This document shows, in pieces, positions 42,796 to 56,089 of a stretch of DNA of 64,000 bases. The position numbers and the translations under genes are program-made. Within the stretch, counting starts at the first letter, position 1. The number at the start of each line of letters is the position of its first letter. Source of the stretch: Octopus vulgaris. Taxonomy: Eukaryota. The stretch covers positions 99,820,001-99,884,000 of the forward strand of contig OX597819.1 of assembly GCA_951406725.2 (NCBI GenBank). The letters run 5' to 3'. Under the pieces are notes generated by a model. It was not told where the DNA came from and searched no databases. It saw nothing but the letters and a program-made list of their open reading frames with translations.

Positions 42796-42990
42796 CGAAT
42801 TCACGAAAAAAAAAAGACGAAGACAGGTCGTGTAGAAAACAAACGGATGTATTAGTATAACGCTCGGGAATTGAAAAAGTCTTTTACGTTTCGAGCCTAC
42901 GCTCTTCCACAGAAAGGAACATAGAAAGAAACTAGGAGACAAACAAGGAGAGAAAAAACTGTGTGTAGTGGCTACCGACCTATCATAGCG
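42793..42990 (-). mobile_element. Family H1 element, copy 2
   Basis: Minus strand cttt-CTGTGGA-A-GAGC-GTAG-GCTC-GAAA-CGTA-aaag (42916-42881), between (TA)n and (CA)n. Confidence 0.7.
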
Positions 42991-43827
42991 CACACGCACG
43001 CACACACACACACACGCACACATACACATATATATTCATGCGTTCATATATATATATACACATATACATATTCATACGTACATACATACACGCAAACTCA
43101 CACACACACACACACATACAGATGTGTGTGTGTGTGTGTGATGTGCAAAAGCCATGATATGAAGAGGAAGGGAAAATATTATACTACGTTTCCGCTCAGA
43201 AAATAAGAAGAAGTAGGAAGAAAAGCAAAACTCTTTTACGTTCCGAGTAATCACTCTTCTTCTATCCAGGTTTCATTCAAACTATTTATGGTTTGGTTGA
43301 AGCGTAACAAGTTCGTGGTATCACATACAGTGAAAGATATAACTATCTCTGTCGTGAAAAACAGAATGAGATTAATCCATGATTTAATAAAGTGTTTGGA
43401 ATGAAATTCGTAGGACATTAATGAATCCGAAAAGACTACACGAAATATGTAAATGTTATAAAGGGCAGCTATGCGTGTGAATGAACTTAACTCTAAACGG
43501 TTTATATTACATTAGGACGACTGTCATACTAGACACTGATTGAGGCAGAAAACAGAATATTATCTTTACTCACTACTAGTGAAGTACTTCACTTTGAGGT
43601 TAGTTCTGCTACAATTGTTGTCCGTAATAAAACTTACTGCGCCTTAACATTGACTGGAAGAAGAAACCAATTCAATCACTCCCAGAACTTGACTGATTCA
43701 CTATATCATCGATTCGGGAAGTTTGGCAGGTTTTGAACTCAAAATACAAATTGCTGAAACTCAATGACGCCAGCCAATTTTTTCGCCTACCTTAAGATTT
43801 TTCCAGATCATTGTGCTTACACTTACA

Positions 43828-43907
<80 letters not shown>

Positions 43908-44624
43908 CACACACACAAAATAATGATTACAAATTTTTAGCTCAGGGCTATCAGTTTTTGGTGGGGTGGGGGAAGTCAATTACATCGACTCCAGTACAGT
44001 ATTTTGAATGGTAATTATCTTATCGCTTCCGGAAGTATGGAGGGTAATGTAGATCTCAGCAGAATTTCAGCTCGGAACAAAAAGATGGACGAAATGCCGC
44101 TAAGAATTTGGTCTGGCATGTTAACGCTTTTTCTATCTCACACTTCGTTTACAGACACACATCCGCGCAGAAATAATGTTAATTTAATCTTCGCTGAAGA
44201 GTCAGAACAAATTTTGTTTCTGTCTTAAGGGGAAGGCCAGCAATAAGGTGATCGTCAGTGGGATTTGAACTAGAACGTTAAAAGAATAGTGCATAAATAG
44301 TTGTGTAAATGAGAAATTCTCTTCTAAACCGAAGAGCCTCGTTATCGCTGTCCTGCAATGTGGGCAAGGGTCATATACTTAACCTTAAGTTGCCCAATGC
44401 TCTGGAAAAGAATTTCGTATGCTGATAATATGTGGAATGCCATACTACATAAATGTGTGCCTATGTCTGTGTGTATGTGTGAGAGTGAATGTGAGTATGT
44501 GTAAGTGTGTGCCTATGCGCATACATGTATGTATAAATATATATATGTATATATACACACACACATATATGTGTACACACAGACCTGTGTGTATCGGTGC
44601 GTGCATGCATATGATATATGTTTG

Positions 44625-44917
44625 TTTATTACCCACAAGGGGCTAAACATAGAGGGGACAAACATTAATACTTGTTTAGAATTTCTTATTTCTATATTGC
44701 CCACAAGGGGCTAAACGTAGAGGAGACAAACAAGGACAGACACACGGATTAAGTCGATTGTATCGATCCCAGTGCGTAGCTGGTACTTAATTTATCGACC
44801 CCGAAAGGATGAAAGGCAAAGTCGACCTCGGCGGAATTTGAACTCAGAACGTAACGGCAGACGAAATACGGCTACGCATTTCGTCCGGCGTGCTAACGGT
44901 TCTGCCAGCTCGCCGCT
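44625..44917 (-). mobile_element. Full-length family-A SINE with a duplicated tail fragment
   Basis: Ends ttctgccagctcgccgc (reverse complement of the head); cccacaagggg tail at 44632 and 44700. Confidence 0.85.
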
Positions 44918-45192
44918 TTGCATGCGTATGATATATGTGTCTGAGTATGCCTGCTAGTGTAAACTGGTGTCGTTTTGTGGTACTTCATATAAAACACGCA
45001 ATATTGAGATTGGACAAGCAAAGATAACCCATTGCCAGACATATAAAAGCTGCTTTCAATATAATTGACAAAATGACCTTCAAAGCATTGCTCCAGTATT
45101 GCCGCTGGTGAATGACAGAGTACAGAAAAGATATGACTAGAAGCAACAAAGAAATAGGTCGGACGTTTCAGCGAACAAACAGATTCCATCTT

Positions 45193-45342
<150 letters not shown>

Positions 45343-46448
45343 CATTTTCTATACTTGATTTTTTTTTCTTTAAAGGGAACATGACCACTTTATTTGTAAT
45401 GTTTATCATCTTAAAAAAGAAATGTAGGAAAACAGACAAACTTTGAGTTTTAGTATGATATACTTATGTGTGTGCGTGTGTGTGTGTGTGTGTGTATAAT
45501 ATTAAAATAAATAGAGAGATAATTTATTTACGTTATAATATAATATACTATAAAAAAGATATAAGATAACAGCAACTCTTCAAAATGACATATGAAGCCA
45601 ACAATTTGTTTCGACTTATGTTCAGTAGTAAGTTGATAAAACATTCCTTTTTATGCATACAGTGAGATACACTGTGTATCACTGCAGGTCTGTTACATCA
45701 TCGAAAAGCTATGGGTTCGTTTCCTCTCACCAAGCTGTTCATTCTCTTCAATAAGGCATTTTAATTCATATTATCCCACTGTATTTGTTTGAAATTAGTA
45801 CTAAGCCGGGTGGTACCTTCGTGGGAGAATGGGGTTCTATCCAGCGGGGTATGTCTCTTTTATACTCGTTCACATTAAAACGTGAGAGGATCTGGCCAAA
45901 ATAATCTAGACGTTCGATGCAGAGTTAAAATTTATTATGTATCTAGGATTATATCATCCAAGTCTACTTTCAGTTTTGCAACAGGCTGGTTTCTCTTCTC
46001 CCCATCACTCTCTCTCCCTCTCTCTCCTCCCTCACTTTCTCTCTTTCTCGTTCCTCTGCCTATGGCAGTCAAACATCAGGATCGTTGCCCTTGTTTTTCC
46101 TCTTCAACACATAAAGCACAATCCTCTGAATTATTTGTAACAATGCACAGCAATTCAGCATATAACCGCTGTTATAAATGTATGTCTTCATCAGACACAC
46201 AAATAGAATGAATCGACCCTAGTTGTTCCGCTTTAGGGAAATCTGGAATACTTAACTCAAACTAACTCACTTGGCATCTAAATGTTTCGGAACCTATCCA
46301 TTTTGTTAACCGGCGTCAAATAAAACACTTATAGATATAAAACATCATTCGTTTCCTTGAATTATAATGAAGTACAGTTGCAATTTATGATAATATAATA
46401 ATATGGCTATTAGAGTGATGTAAATATGATTTTTTTCTTTTCTTACAG

Positions 46449-46622
46449 TTTGACATGGGACACACCAGTCCAAGAGATATTAGGTAAAGATTTCCAACTG
46501 TGTGATGAACATCGGAGCAAATATGTTAATATTCGGGACCTGCTTGCACACAAAACAGGAATACCCGGTTACTTCGGTGCCCTTACCACTGGAATTTTTG
46601 GAAAAACCGAGGATATAGTGCG
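46449..46622 (+). CDS. Exon 2 of the beta-lactamase-family gene
   Basis: Acceptor ttttttcttttcttacag|T completes an AGT codon with the phase-2 end of exon 1. Encodes LTWDTPVQEILGKDFQLCDEHRSKYVNIRDLLAHKTGIPG (WDTPV and IRDLLxHxxG family motifs). Donor CG|GTAATA, phase 2. Confidence 0.92.
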
Positions 46623-47611
46623 GTAATATCAATTATCATCTGTTTACTTTTCCTCTAGGCTAAATGAGCCGAGTCGTATTTTGACAATGATAATGAAGGA
46701 TTAAATGCTCTTTTTCAGTATTGCAATGTATATATTTTTCAAAATTATTAATTTATTAATCAACATTAAATGATAATCATCAAAATATGAGCCCCGTTGA
46801 TCTGCATTTTTGCTTATTTACGACGTGGCTCTCACGTGACTATTGACCATCTTTCTTTCTTCGCCTAACTTGTGTTTCTTTCTTTCTCTCCGTTGTAGCT
46901 AGATCAAGGAAGACGTGTTCTTGTCTGTCTCCTGTCCAAGCTTGATTTACGCGTTCGCCACCACAACCCCGTTTACGCTTAGCAGCCCTTCCTGTTTGTT
47001 TTCACTGTTCTGTTTGTGTTACCAATTTTAACCCTCCGCAAAATCCCAAATCATATTTAATTTGCTTTGCGGGAGTAACTATTTTATCGAAGGCGTATCT
47101 TGCTATGAAATGATCGAAATACGAGAGTAGAAAAAAGCCAACAGCTGATAAATAGTCGTTCTTTATATTGTTTGTCTTGTTTTCCATTTGTGTCTTTCGA
47201 TGTTCGAAAAATAGTTCATATTCCATGTACTCTTATCTCGTATTTTTTGTCGTACACGTTTCGTGACGTCCTGTGTCCACATATGCATATACGTTAATGG
47301 TTCAATTGAATCAATCGGTCAATTGATTGATATGAAATAGAGTGAACCACCATTGACATGCTATCTTCTCCCAGAGCCCAAAAATCATCTGCCAAAGGAA
47401 AAGAAGAGAAAAAAGTACGCAAAAAAAAAACGAAAGAGAGAAGAGGGTATTTGATCAGTGCGAAAGGTATACGGAATTAGGTCACCTGTTTCTAGCTATC
47501 AGTCGTAAAATGTATGCGTATTTTATATACCAATGTATAAAACATACCGTATTAGCTGGTTAAAGCAATCATGGATTTACAAATTTAATTGGTGATATGC
47601 CTTAACATAAT

Positions 47612-47866
47612 TTAGATAAAAATTTCCAACTGTGTGATGAACACCGGAGCAAATATGTTATCATTCGAGACCTGCTTGAGCACAAGGCAAAAATACCCGA
47701 TTACTTCGGTGCCCTCACCGTTGGAATTGATGCAAAAACCGAGGATATAGTGCAGTAATGCCAATTATTGTCACTTTGCTTTTGCTCTAGGCTAAATGAG
47801 CTGAGAGGTATTTCTCTGTAATTGAATGCATATATTTTTCAAAATATCGAATGATAATCAAAATAT
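47612..47866 (+). pseudogene. 5'-truncated duplicate of exon 2 plus downstream intron (pseudo-exon)
   Basis: LDKNFQLCDEHRSKYVIIRDLLEHKAKIPDYFGALTVGIDAKTEDIV with donor GTAATG at 47755. Downstream intron homology continues (ctctaggctaaatgagc; tatatttttcaaaat). Confidence 0.85.
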
Positions 47867-48033
47867 GTGTATGTGTGTGTCTCTGTGTGTGTCTGTAACC
47901 GACTAAGGGATGAAATATCCGCATATACTATCTGTATCCATTACCTGTATTATCCCCGGGCGTTGGTGTGCAGGCACACAATACAAGTAGAGTGCAGGTA
48001 ATGACAGGATAAACAAGAGTTTATCAGGATCCA

Positions 48034-48249
48034 ATGCAAATAATTAGAAAATAGAGAAAACCACAGATTAACAAGCACATCGATTGGACCAAATTTATAG
48101 GTTATTTTTAATAGAAAGCATGACATAAGAAAATAGGTGTCGTCACCTATTTTCTGATGTCAGGCTTTGTATTAAAAAATAAGCTATAAACGTTGTCCAA
48201 TCGATGTGTTTGTTAATTGTAGTCTTCTCAAATTTCTAATTATTTGCAT
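48034..48249. repeat. ~215-bp imperfect palindrome (foldback)
   Basis: atgcaaataattagaaa...gaaaataggtg-tcgt-cacctattttc...tttctaattatttgcat. Confidence 0.85.
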
Positions 48250-48259
48250 ATACATATAC

Positions 48260-48361
<102 letters not shown>

Positions 48362-48420
48362 CTTTTTAGAGAAACTTAAATCCGGAGAGACACACTCTAA
48401 GAAGTAAAGCAGTCTATACA

Positions 48421-49230
48421 TTTTCCTGGTTAAGGCCGGATTATGGCGTCACCCTGGGTTTCCCGTCCATATAGGGCTTAACTTTATGGCGTATCGTCAT
48501 ACACCAAGACCTGTTGGCCTATGACCTCTTTAAAATACATTGGGGAAAATCTGTATTATCTCCCTTTGCCTATGGCTATAGACTTCCAGCCATGCTGCTA
48601 TCGTTCAGCTGTGAGGGTAAACAATAAGGGGTTATCTCCCTCTTCCATTAGCTATCAACTTCCGGCGGTTACGAAAAGGCCAGCAGAAACTCCTAAAGTG
48701 AAAACATGACTCGAAAATATCCGTCCTGTAGTTAAGTATAGCCCCTGGATCGTGTGAGTCCCTTAAGATTCTTGTGCGTTCGGCTATGTAGCGTTTCGTC
48801 CCGTTGGTGTAGAGGCCTGGGTTTTCGAAGATTTTCCATGAGATCGAGTGTAGAACTCAGTCATCTTTTAGTTGCCAAACGTGGCTGGCTAGCGATGTTT
48901 CTGGAACTCTGAAAGAGGATCGATGGCTGGAAAAACATTTCTTCAATGATTTCTGGTACAACCAATATTTATCCTTGGACGCGCAATGTCGGTGCTTAAT
49001 GGAAGAGGGAGATAATCTCCTATTGTCTACTCTCGCAGCTGAACGATGGGAATACGGCCGGAAGTCGATAGCCATTGGCTAATGGAGATGATCCAGATTT
49101 CTTTCCCTACATATTTTAAAGAGGTCATAGGCTAGCATGTCTTGGAGTCTGATGATACGCCATAAAGTTAAACCCTTTATGGACGGGAAATCCAGGTTAA
49201 CCGCATAAATCTGCTTTCACCAGGAGAAAA
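48421..49230 (-). mobile_element. 5'-truncated Penelope-like element: GIY-YIG C-terminus between inverted ~235-bp terminal repeats
   Basis: Minus strand KKCFSSHRSSFR..TSLASHVWQLKD..SWKI..YTNGTKR..ILNYRTDIFESCFH. Arms 48421-48652 and 48994-49230 are inverted copies, each with a hammerhead-like motif. (TA)n lies on both sides. Confidence 0.8.
49143..49205 (+). ncRNA. Type-I hammerhead-ribozyme-like motif in a PLE terminal repeat
   Basis: tggagt-CTGATGA-tacg-ccataaag-ttaaacc-ctttatgg-acgg-GAAA-tccaggtta-accgca. The sister copy (48444-48506, minus) shows stem I tggtgt/acgcca and palindromic stem III acccagggt. Confidence 0.6.
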
Positions 49231-49234
49231 TATA

Positions 49235-49286
<52 letters not shown>

Positions 49287-49377
49287 TAGATTAAAAATCA
49301 TCGAATTCCCTTCATGGTATACTATAAAGTTTTACATTTGATCAATCTTTCCTTCAGGTGATTCCAAATGCATATTA

Positions 49378-49560
49378 ATTTCAAATTTTGGTCCAAAGCA
49401 GGCAATTTCGGTGAAAGTGTTAAATCGAATACATTGAATCTAGTGCTCAAACGGTACTTATTACCCTGAAAGAATGAAAAGGAAAGTCGACCTCGGCTGA
49501 ATATGAACTCAGAACGTAACGATTGACGAAATGCCGCTAAACATTTGGCCCGGCCTACTG
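49378..49560 (-). mobile_element. Family-A SINE, degenerate
   Basis: gaaagtcgacctcggctgaatatgaactcagaacgtaac core. Confidence 0.7.
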
Positions 49561-50102
49561 AGGTTTATGCCTTCATTTCCAGGTACGTGTTGTCACTCTG
49601 GTAGCTTGCTCCCTTATTTATAACAACCAAGAACCAATGCGGTACAATTCAAGCTATTGAATTGTCAATATTACTCGTAGCTTCTGAACACAGGACGATT
49701 CACAAATCCGCTCCCTATACATATATTTATATACGTGGTGTTTGTATATATATATACAATGTATGTGTTTGTGTGTGTGTGTAGTGATAGATTTAGGTAT
49801 GTATGTATCTACAAATACGTATGCACTTGTATGTAATGTTTCAATTTCAAAGCACGCTTTCAGATTGAATTACTTGCCTGTCGAGAACATCGCGTAATAT
49901 CTATCAATCATTTCATTCGTTCATCCATCCATCCATCCATCCATCCATCCATCCTTCCACTCGTCCAACCATACATGCGTCCACACACACACACACATGC
50001 ATACACACATACTTACACACAGAACACACATACGCGCAAACACACACACACGCACACACAAATATATATATATATATATACACATACATATAAACATATA
50101 TA

Positions 50103-50295
50103 GAGATGAAATTTATAGCAAAACAAAAGACGAAGACAGGTGTATGAACAACAACCAGGTTTGACGCTCGTGAAAATGAAAAATGAAAACGTCTTTACGT
50201 TTCCAGTCTACGCTCTTCAACAGAAAGGAATAACAGAAAGAAAACAGAGAGCGAATGAATAAAAACACTGTAGATTTAGCGGTCAAGCATGGCGA
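50103..50295 (-). mobile_element. Family H1 element, copy 3
   Basis: Minus strand cttt-CTGTTGA-A-GAGC-GTAG-ACTG-GAAA-CGTA-aag (stem II mutated); 5' end at cgccatg. Confidence 0.65.
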
Positions 50296-50305
50296 CTCTA
50301 TCTAA

Positions 50306-50630
50306 AAGGCACTCCATCGTGTACGACAACGGGTATTTCAGTTGATCCAATAAGCAAAAAAACCTCCTCGTGAAATTAATGTGCAAGCGGTTGAGGACTT
50401 CATAGACTCGAGTACCCTTAATGTTGTTCGCAGGGAGACTAAGCGTGACACAGAACGTCACATGTCTGACCCTTTGAAAGACTGGTGCTACACACTTTGT
50501 CCCTGCTGGTTGGACTGAGGTAACGTGAAATAAAGAAACTTGCTCAAGGACACAATGCAACAGCGTAAATCGAACTCTCGACCTTACGATCGTGGGCCGA
50601 ATACCCTAACCACCAAATCACGCACCTTCA
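50306..50630 (-). mobile_element. tRNA-derived SINE, family C (CORE-like)
   Basis: Minus strand tgaaggtgcgtgatttggtggttagggtattcgg...gagttcgatt...ttgtgtccttgagcaag. Related fragments lie at ~30420-30530 and ~61500-61580. Confidence 0.75.
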
Positions 50631-50711
50631 CATGTACATATACACATAAATTACTTACATCTATATATCTATACATACACATGAACATATATGCATACAT
50701 ACATACATACA

Positions 50712-50745
<34 letters not shown>

Positions 50746-50924
50746 CATCATCAGACGTAACTTCAAAAGTTAGGAGAAACATTTGGTTGCAGTTCTTGGC
50801 AGTATATTATGTGCATAAAAAATGTTAAGGTGTTATGATCTAGTAGGATTGTTATGATAGAAAGAAAAAGAACGGTGGAGAAATAGTTGTGAGTGCTTAC
50901 AACATATAGTCGTGCAGTAAATCT

Positions 50925-51369
<445 letters not shown>

Positions 51370-51556
51370 CTTGTATAAAACAGTTGTGTAATAAATACTT
51401 TACAAGCCCATATTATCCATCCATCCATCCATCCATCCATCCACACATACATATATACATGCATGCATACATACATACATACATACATACATACATACAT
51501 ACATACATACATACATACATAACTACCAGTCAGTGTCAGTCATATTATTTCTTATA

Positions 51557-51595
<39 letters not shown>

Positions 51596-52897
51596 TTAAT
51601 GTAATATAACAGAAACAAATTGGGGCGAACAATGAATGAATATTATTGTAAAATATTCGTAAACTCTGTAGGGCAAATACTCCTCAGCTATCTACATCTT
51701 GAATTGTAGAATGCCAGTTAAGTTTACAGTAGTTGAACTTCGATGAATTACTGAATGTAATTTACAGTGTGCTGCACCACTGTGAATAGAAATGCTCTTT
51801 TGGTGGCATGAATTGGATTGACATGAACTTCATTCGAACCTCCAGACATTTAGTATTTTCATTCATTCAAGACCAGCTTACAGCAGATGACATATTAATT
51901 TCATTTCGTGACACAAAAACAATTAACACATATATTGATGTCAACTACGTGTTAACTTCTGTTTGAGGCTTAAGCTATCTACCAAGCTTGTGTCGTATCT
52001 ATGATGCACATAAGATTCATGGAATTTTCTTTTGAAATATTCACTTAACACTCACAACGCTGCAGTGGTCTGCATGGGGGATACAGAACGATCCAAATTT
52101 CAAAACTCCTCGTCAAGTACATCTGATCCTTAAAGGCAATAGGAGTGACATCCTTTGTAACTAAAATGACTTTTTTTAATAAATTCTTCTTTTATTTATT
52201 TATTTATTGTTATGCTTTTTTTTTCACTATGCTCTTTCAATAATTCCATATTTTTGGCTTTCTGAAATTATAATGAATAATTTTCCTGTAATACCTTTAG
52301 TATTCAATTTGTTTTCGTAAACAGTATTTCTTTCGAATAATCGTTGTAACAGAAAGACAGAACCTTCCAATTAGTATTTTTATATCCGGTACTTCAAGAC
52401 ATTAAAATTTTTATGTACTTATAAATATTTAGCTATTGCATTTATTTGTACAGTATCTTGCAATACATTAATCTTCTACGATACAACAAACAAGAGAAAC
52501 GTCCTTAATTTAAATATTAGATAACGCGAGAGAATGGGTTTTTGATATAGTTTATGAATAAATTAATGAAAATTTATTTATTATACGCTTGTTTTGGTCT
52601 TTCTTAAATCACAAACACCAAACGAAAACTAAGTATATGTTTTTACAGAATAAGATTTCAGCCATAAACATTTACTCACTTATAACGGTTGGTGCATAAT
52701 ATTTATTACATAAAGTTTTATAATACGTACATAGTTTTTGCTTCTTTATAAACTTACATATCTTAAATTTTAAGAGATTATTTCATTTACTGCACAACTC
52801 TCTGCTCGTTCAAAACCACCTTGTGTCTCCTCTTCTCTTTCTACTATTCCCCGTTCCCTAAATATTTTATATGTATACAATATTCTACAAAACTAAA

Positions 52898-53355
52898 AGG
52901 ACGGCGAGCCGACAGAATCGTTTACACGCTAAACAAAATGATTTGTGGCGTTTCGCCCGTCTTTACGTTGTGAGTTTGAATTGCGCCAAGGTCGACATAG
53001 CCTTTCATTCTTTCGGAATCGATAAAATAAGCACTAGTTAAACACTGTCGTAGATTTAATCGACTTGCCTCTTCCCCGAAATTGCTGACCGTGTGATAAA
53101 ATTAGAAAGAAATATTCAAATATTCTACAACAATTCTGACGAAAAGCCTTAGCACGCCGGGCTAAATGCTTAGCGGTGGTTCGTTGGCCGCTACGTTCTG
53201 AGTTCAAATTCCGCCGAGGCCGACTTTGCCTTTCATTCTTTTGGGGTCGATAAATTAAGTACCAGTTTCGCACTGGGATCGATGTAATCGACTTAATCCC
53301 TTTGTCTGTCCTTGTTTGCCCCCTCTATGTTTAACCCTTTGTGGGCAGTAAAGGA

Positions 53356-53360
<5 letters not shown>
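52898..53360 (+). mobile_element. Two tandem family-A SINEs (tail variants 2 and 1)
   Basis: ggacggcgagccgacagaatcg head at 52899; second copy from ttagcacgccggg (53149) to ccttt-gtgggcagtaaagg. Confidence 0.8.
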
Positions 53361-53387
<27 letters not shown>

Positions 53388-53479
53388 GTGTGTGTGTCTA
53401 TACCGAAGTAGAGTATAGATAATTTAATTCAATTAAATTAAGCAAAATGACTGAAATTAATTACTCTCACCCATGCGAT

Positions 53480-54700
53480 GTCAGCTATTTAAAAGTTAAA
53501 CATGCAGCAACTGGAGATACAAGTTGGAGAAAATAATATACTCTTCAGATCATAGGTTAGAAAGGTGTATCTTCAGCCAGTAATCAAAGGCTTTCTAATC
53601 GTGAGCATCCCTTAAAATATGGGAGAAACATATATTTCAGATTCAGCATTTTACACACCGGATTTTAGATTCCGAACACCACAGCTATCTGATAGATGTA
53701 CAAAGTGAAGGTGATATCTAAATGAAATTCTATTAGTTTTGCAATTTGTAGATAAAAATTCCTTTTGTTTTAAACATTAGAAGTTATGTATATATCAGAG
53801 ATATTTCATAACGTATTCGGAATTTTCATCCGGATATTAGAGAAATCCGAATTCGAAGGAGACTGAGGAGAAATGGCGTCGTCAACAATGATAATAGAAA
53901 ATTAACGAGAGTGTGTTGAGTATCATTGTTTTACTCTTTGTTGTATGGAGTGGATAAGATGAGGTATATGCTAAGACTCTTCAAAAGAGTGCGATTAAAA
54001 TGACTGGTTGGTGGGGATCGAGAGTGAATAGATTATTTTACAGAGACTTGGAGCGGTGAGGAAGTAATGCTAGTGACCGTATGGTCTGTGATAGTTAGGA
54101 GAATGAAGAAAGAGGTCTGGAATAAAAAGTGATTGGGTTGAAAAATAAGGATGTACGGCAAAGCAATAGAAAAACATGGAGGGAAAAGTGTGACGTCAGT
54201 TAATCAATAAAAGAGAAGTTCGGTGTAAAAGGTGATAGGATGATATACAAGCAGCCGATGTAATACCAGGCAGGTGAAGTGCAGAGTATTTTAATTATTG
54301 ATACAAGCATTTACACAGCTGCAGTAGAACATGCAAACTTGTAAGGCAACGATAAGTTGAGCAGAAAATAAGAGAATAGGTGGTATTATTAGAGGTCATA
54401 GGAACACCGCATATTCGTAAAGTAGGAGTGCTTCTTCGCAAAATGAGTTGTAAATTTTGGTTGATCGGATACGGGTCATAGTGCTAAAAAACTTCAAAGA
54501 GATTACATGGAGCAAACAAAGAGAGGATAGTTGATGTGACGGGCCAAACTCTTGATATATGTATAACCAGGTTTATTTCAATTTTAGTAACAAATGTGCG
54601 TTGCTAACGATGTCGTAGAGGGTACAATCTGGATTAGGAGAAAAATGAGATTGTATATAATGTGCATATCTATAAAAGGAGATTTGTGAAAGATAATGTA
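53480..54700 (-). mobile_element. Highly decayed retroelement, possibly Penelope-like
   Basis: Minus strand near 53740-53775 reads ~KQKE.FIYKLQ with a frameshift (cf. PLE C-terminal E..FI.KL.T); otherwise unreadable. Confidence 0.25.
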
Positions 54701-55858
54701 AGCTTCTTTTACTTTTAATGCAATAATATCTCAGATGAATTCTAAGTAAATCAAATGCAACTACTTAAGCCGAATTTGAACTCATGTTTAAATTTACTTT
54801 TAAAGTTATTATATTGAGTTATTTCTTTAGAAATATTTACAGCGAATTCAGAGTTTAGAATTTGTTTCAGTTTCGTGTCTTTTCTTTTCGGCGACACAGT
54901 TTAATGGAATCAAATAGCTACAGACCGTAACAGGTGCCGGTTGAAGGATTTAGCTTGCTCAACGGTTTATAAAGTATTGACTACGTTGGTTATGGCATAC
55001 GAAATCTAGTTATTAGTAATAATGTTATCTAGAGTAACACTGGAATAAGTTTGGACTGTGTAATGTAATATGGTTGCATAAAAGTAGGCTAAATGATTGC
55101 ATTAGGCAATCAGTTCCAAACTAATGAACAGAGAGCTATATCCATTATCTTACTAACTTTTCTAACCTTTTCAGCATCAAAAACTTTGGAGAGGTTTTCA
55201 CATCAAGAGGTTTTCACTTAATGCATTAATCCAACCTCTTAACAGAATACGTCCTCGGGTGGGTGGATTTTGTGTTTTCTTTTCGGTTTGGTCTTAAGAT
55301 GATCTTAAGATCATAATTTCTGTTCCTTCTCTTCTCACATTATCTTTCTGTATATTTCTCTCTTTCTTTTTCTCTCTATTTCCACCTATTTCTCTTTCTC
55401 ATTTCCACATGCTTTTCTGCATTTCTACCTTTCTTTCTTTTATACAAGCTGTCTCCCTTACTTTTCACCCTCGCCAAATCTACTTCAAAAGGTGATAAAT
55501 GCATGCAAAATTACGTATATCTATGCCCATTTACGTATATATGTATCTATCAATAAATGTATGTATGTATGTACGTATGTATACATGTATGTATAAATGT
55601 ATGTATGCATCTATGCATGCTTGTATATATGCATGCATGTATGTACATATGTATGCGTATACACACAAGTGTCTGCATGTTATGTACATATATATATATA
55701 TATTTGTATATATACATATGTATACACACATACACACATATATATGTATATATACATTCATATACATGTATACATACAAATATATACATATATAGATACT
55801 AATATTGATATACATATATATGCATATACATGCAAATATATATACATATACAAATATA

Positions 55859-55907
<49 letters not shown>

Positions 55908-56089
55908 GCACATTACACGCTATATATGTATATATGTTCGTGCTTGTCATGCGCGGTGACATGCACATGTGTGTGCTTGTATATCCTGTAGTCAGTGTGT
56001 TTATGAACCTGGATGCAAGCAAGTCAGACAGTGATCACGAAGCACGCTTCGCAAATCAAGATTTCCCTGGCTCAATCTCGCTGTGCAAC

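Noticed and set aside
43225-43265. H1-related motif (agaagaagagtgattactcggaacgtaaaag, minus strand)
   Set aside because: Both core segments are mutated; at most a decayed relative.
52649-52720. Possible exon 3 (ttttacag|A ATA AGA TTT CAG CCA, reading R-IRFQP in the right phase)
   Set aside because: There is an in-frame TAA at 52665-52667, a second stop soon after and no YxN motif. It is probably chance, though a decayed exon cannot be excluded.
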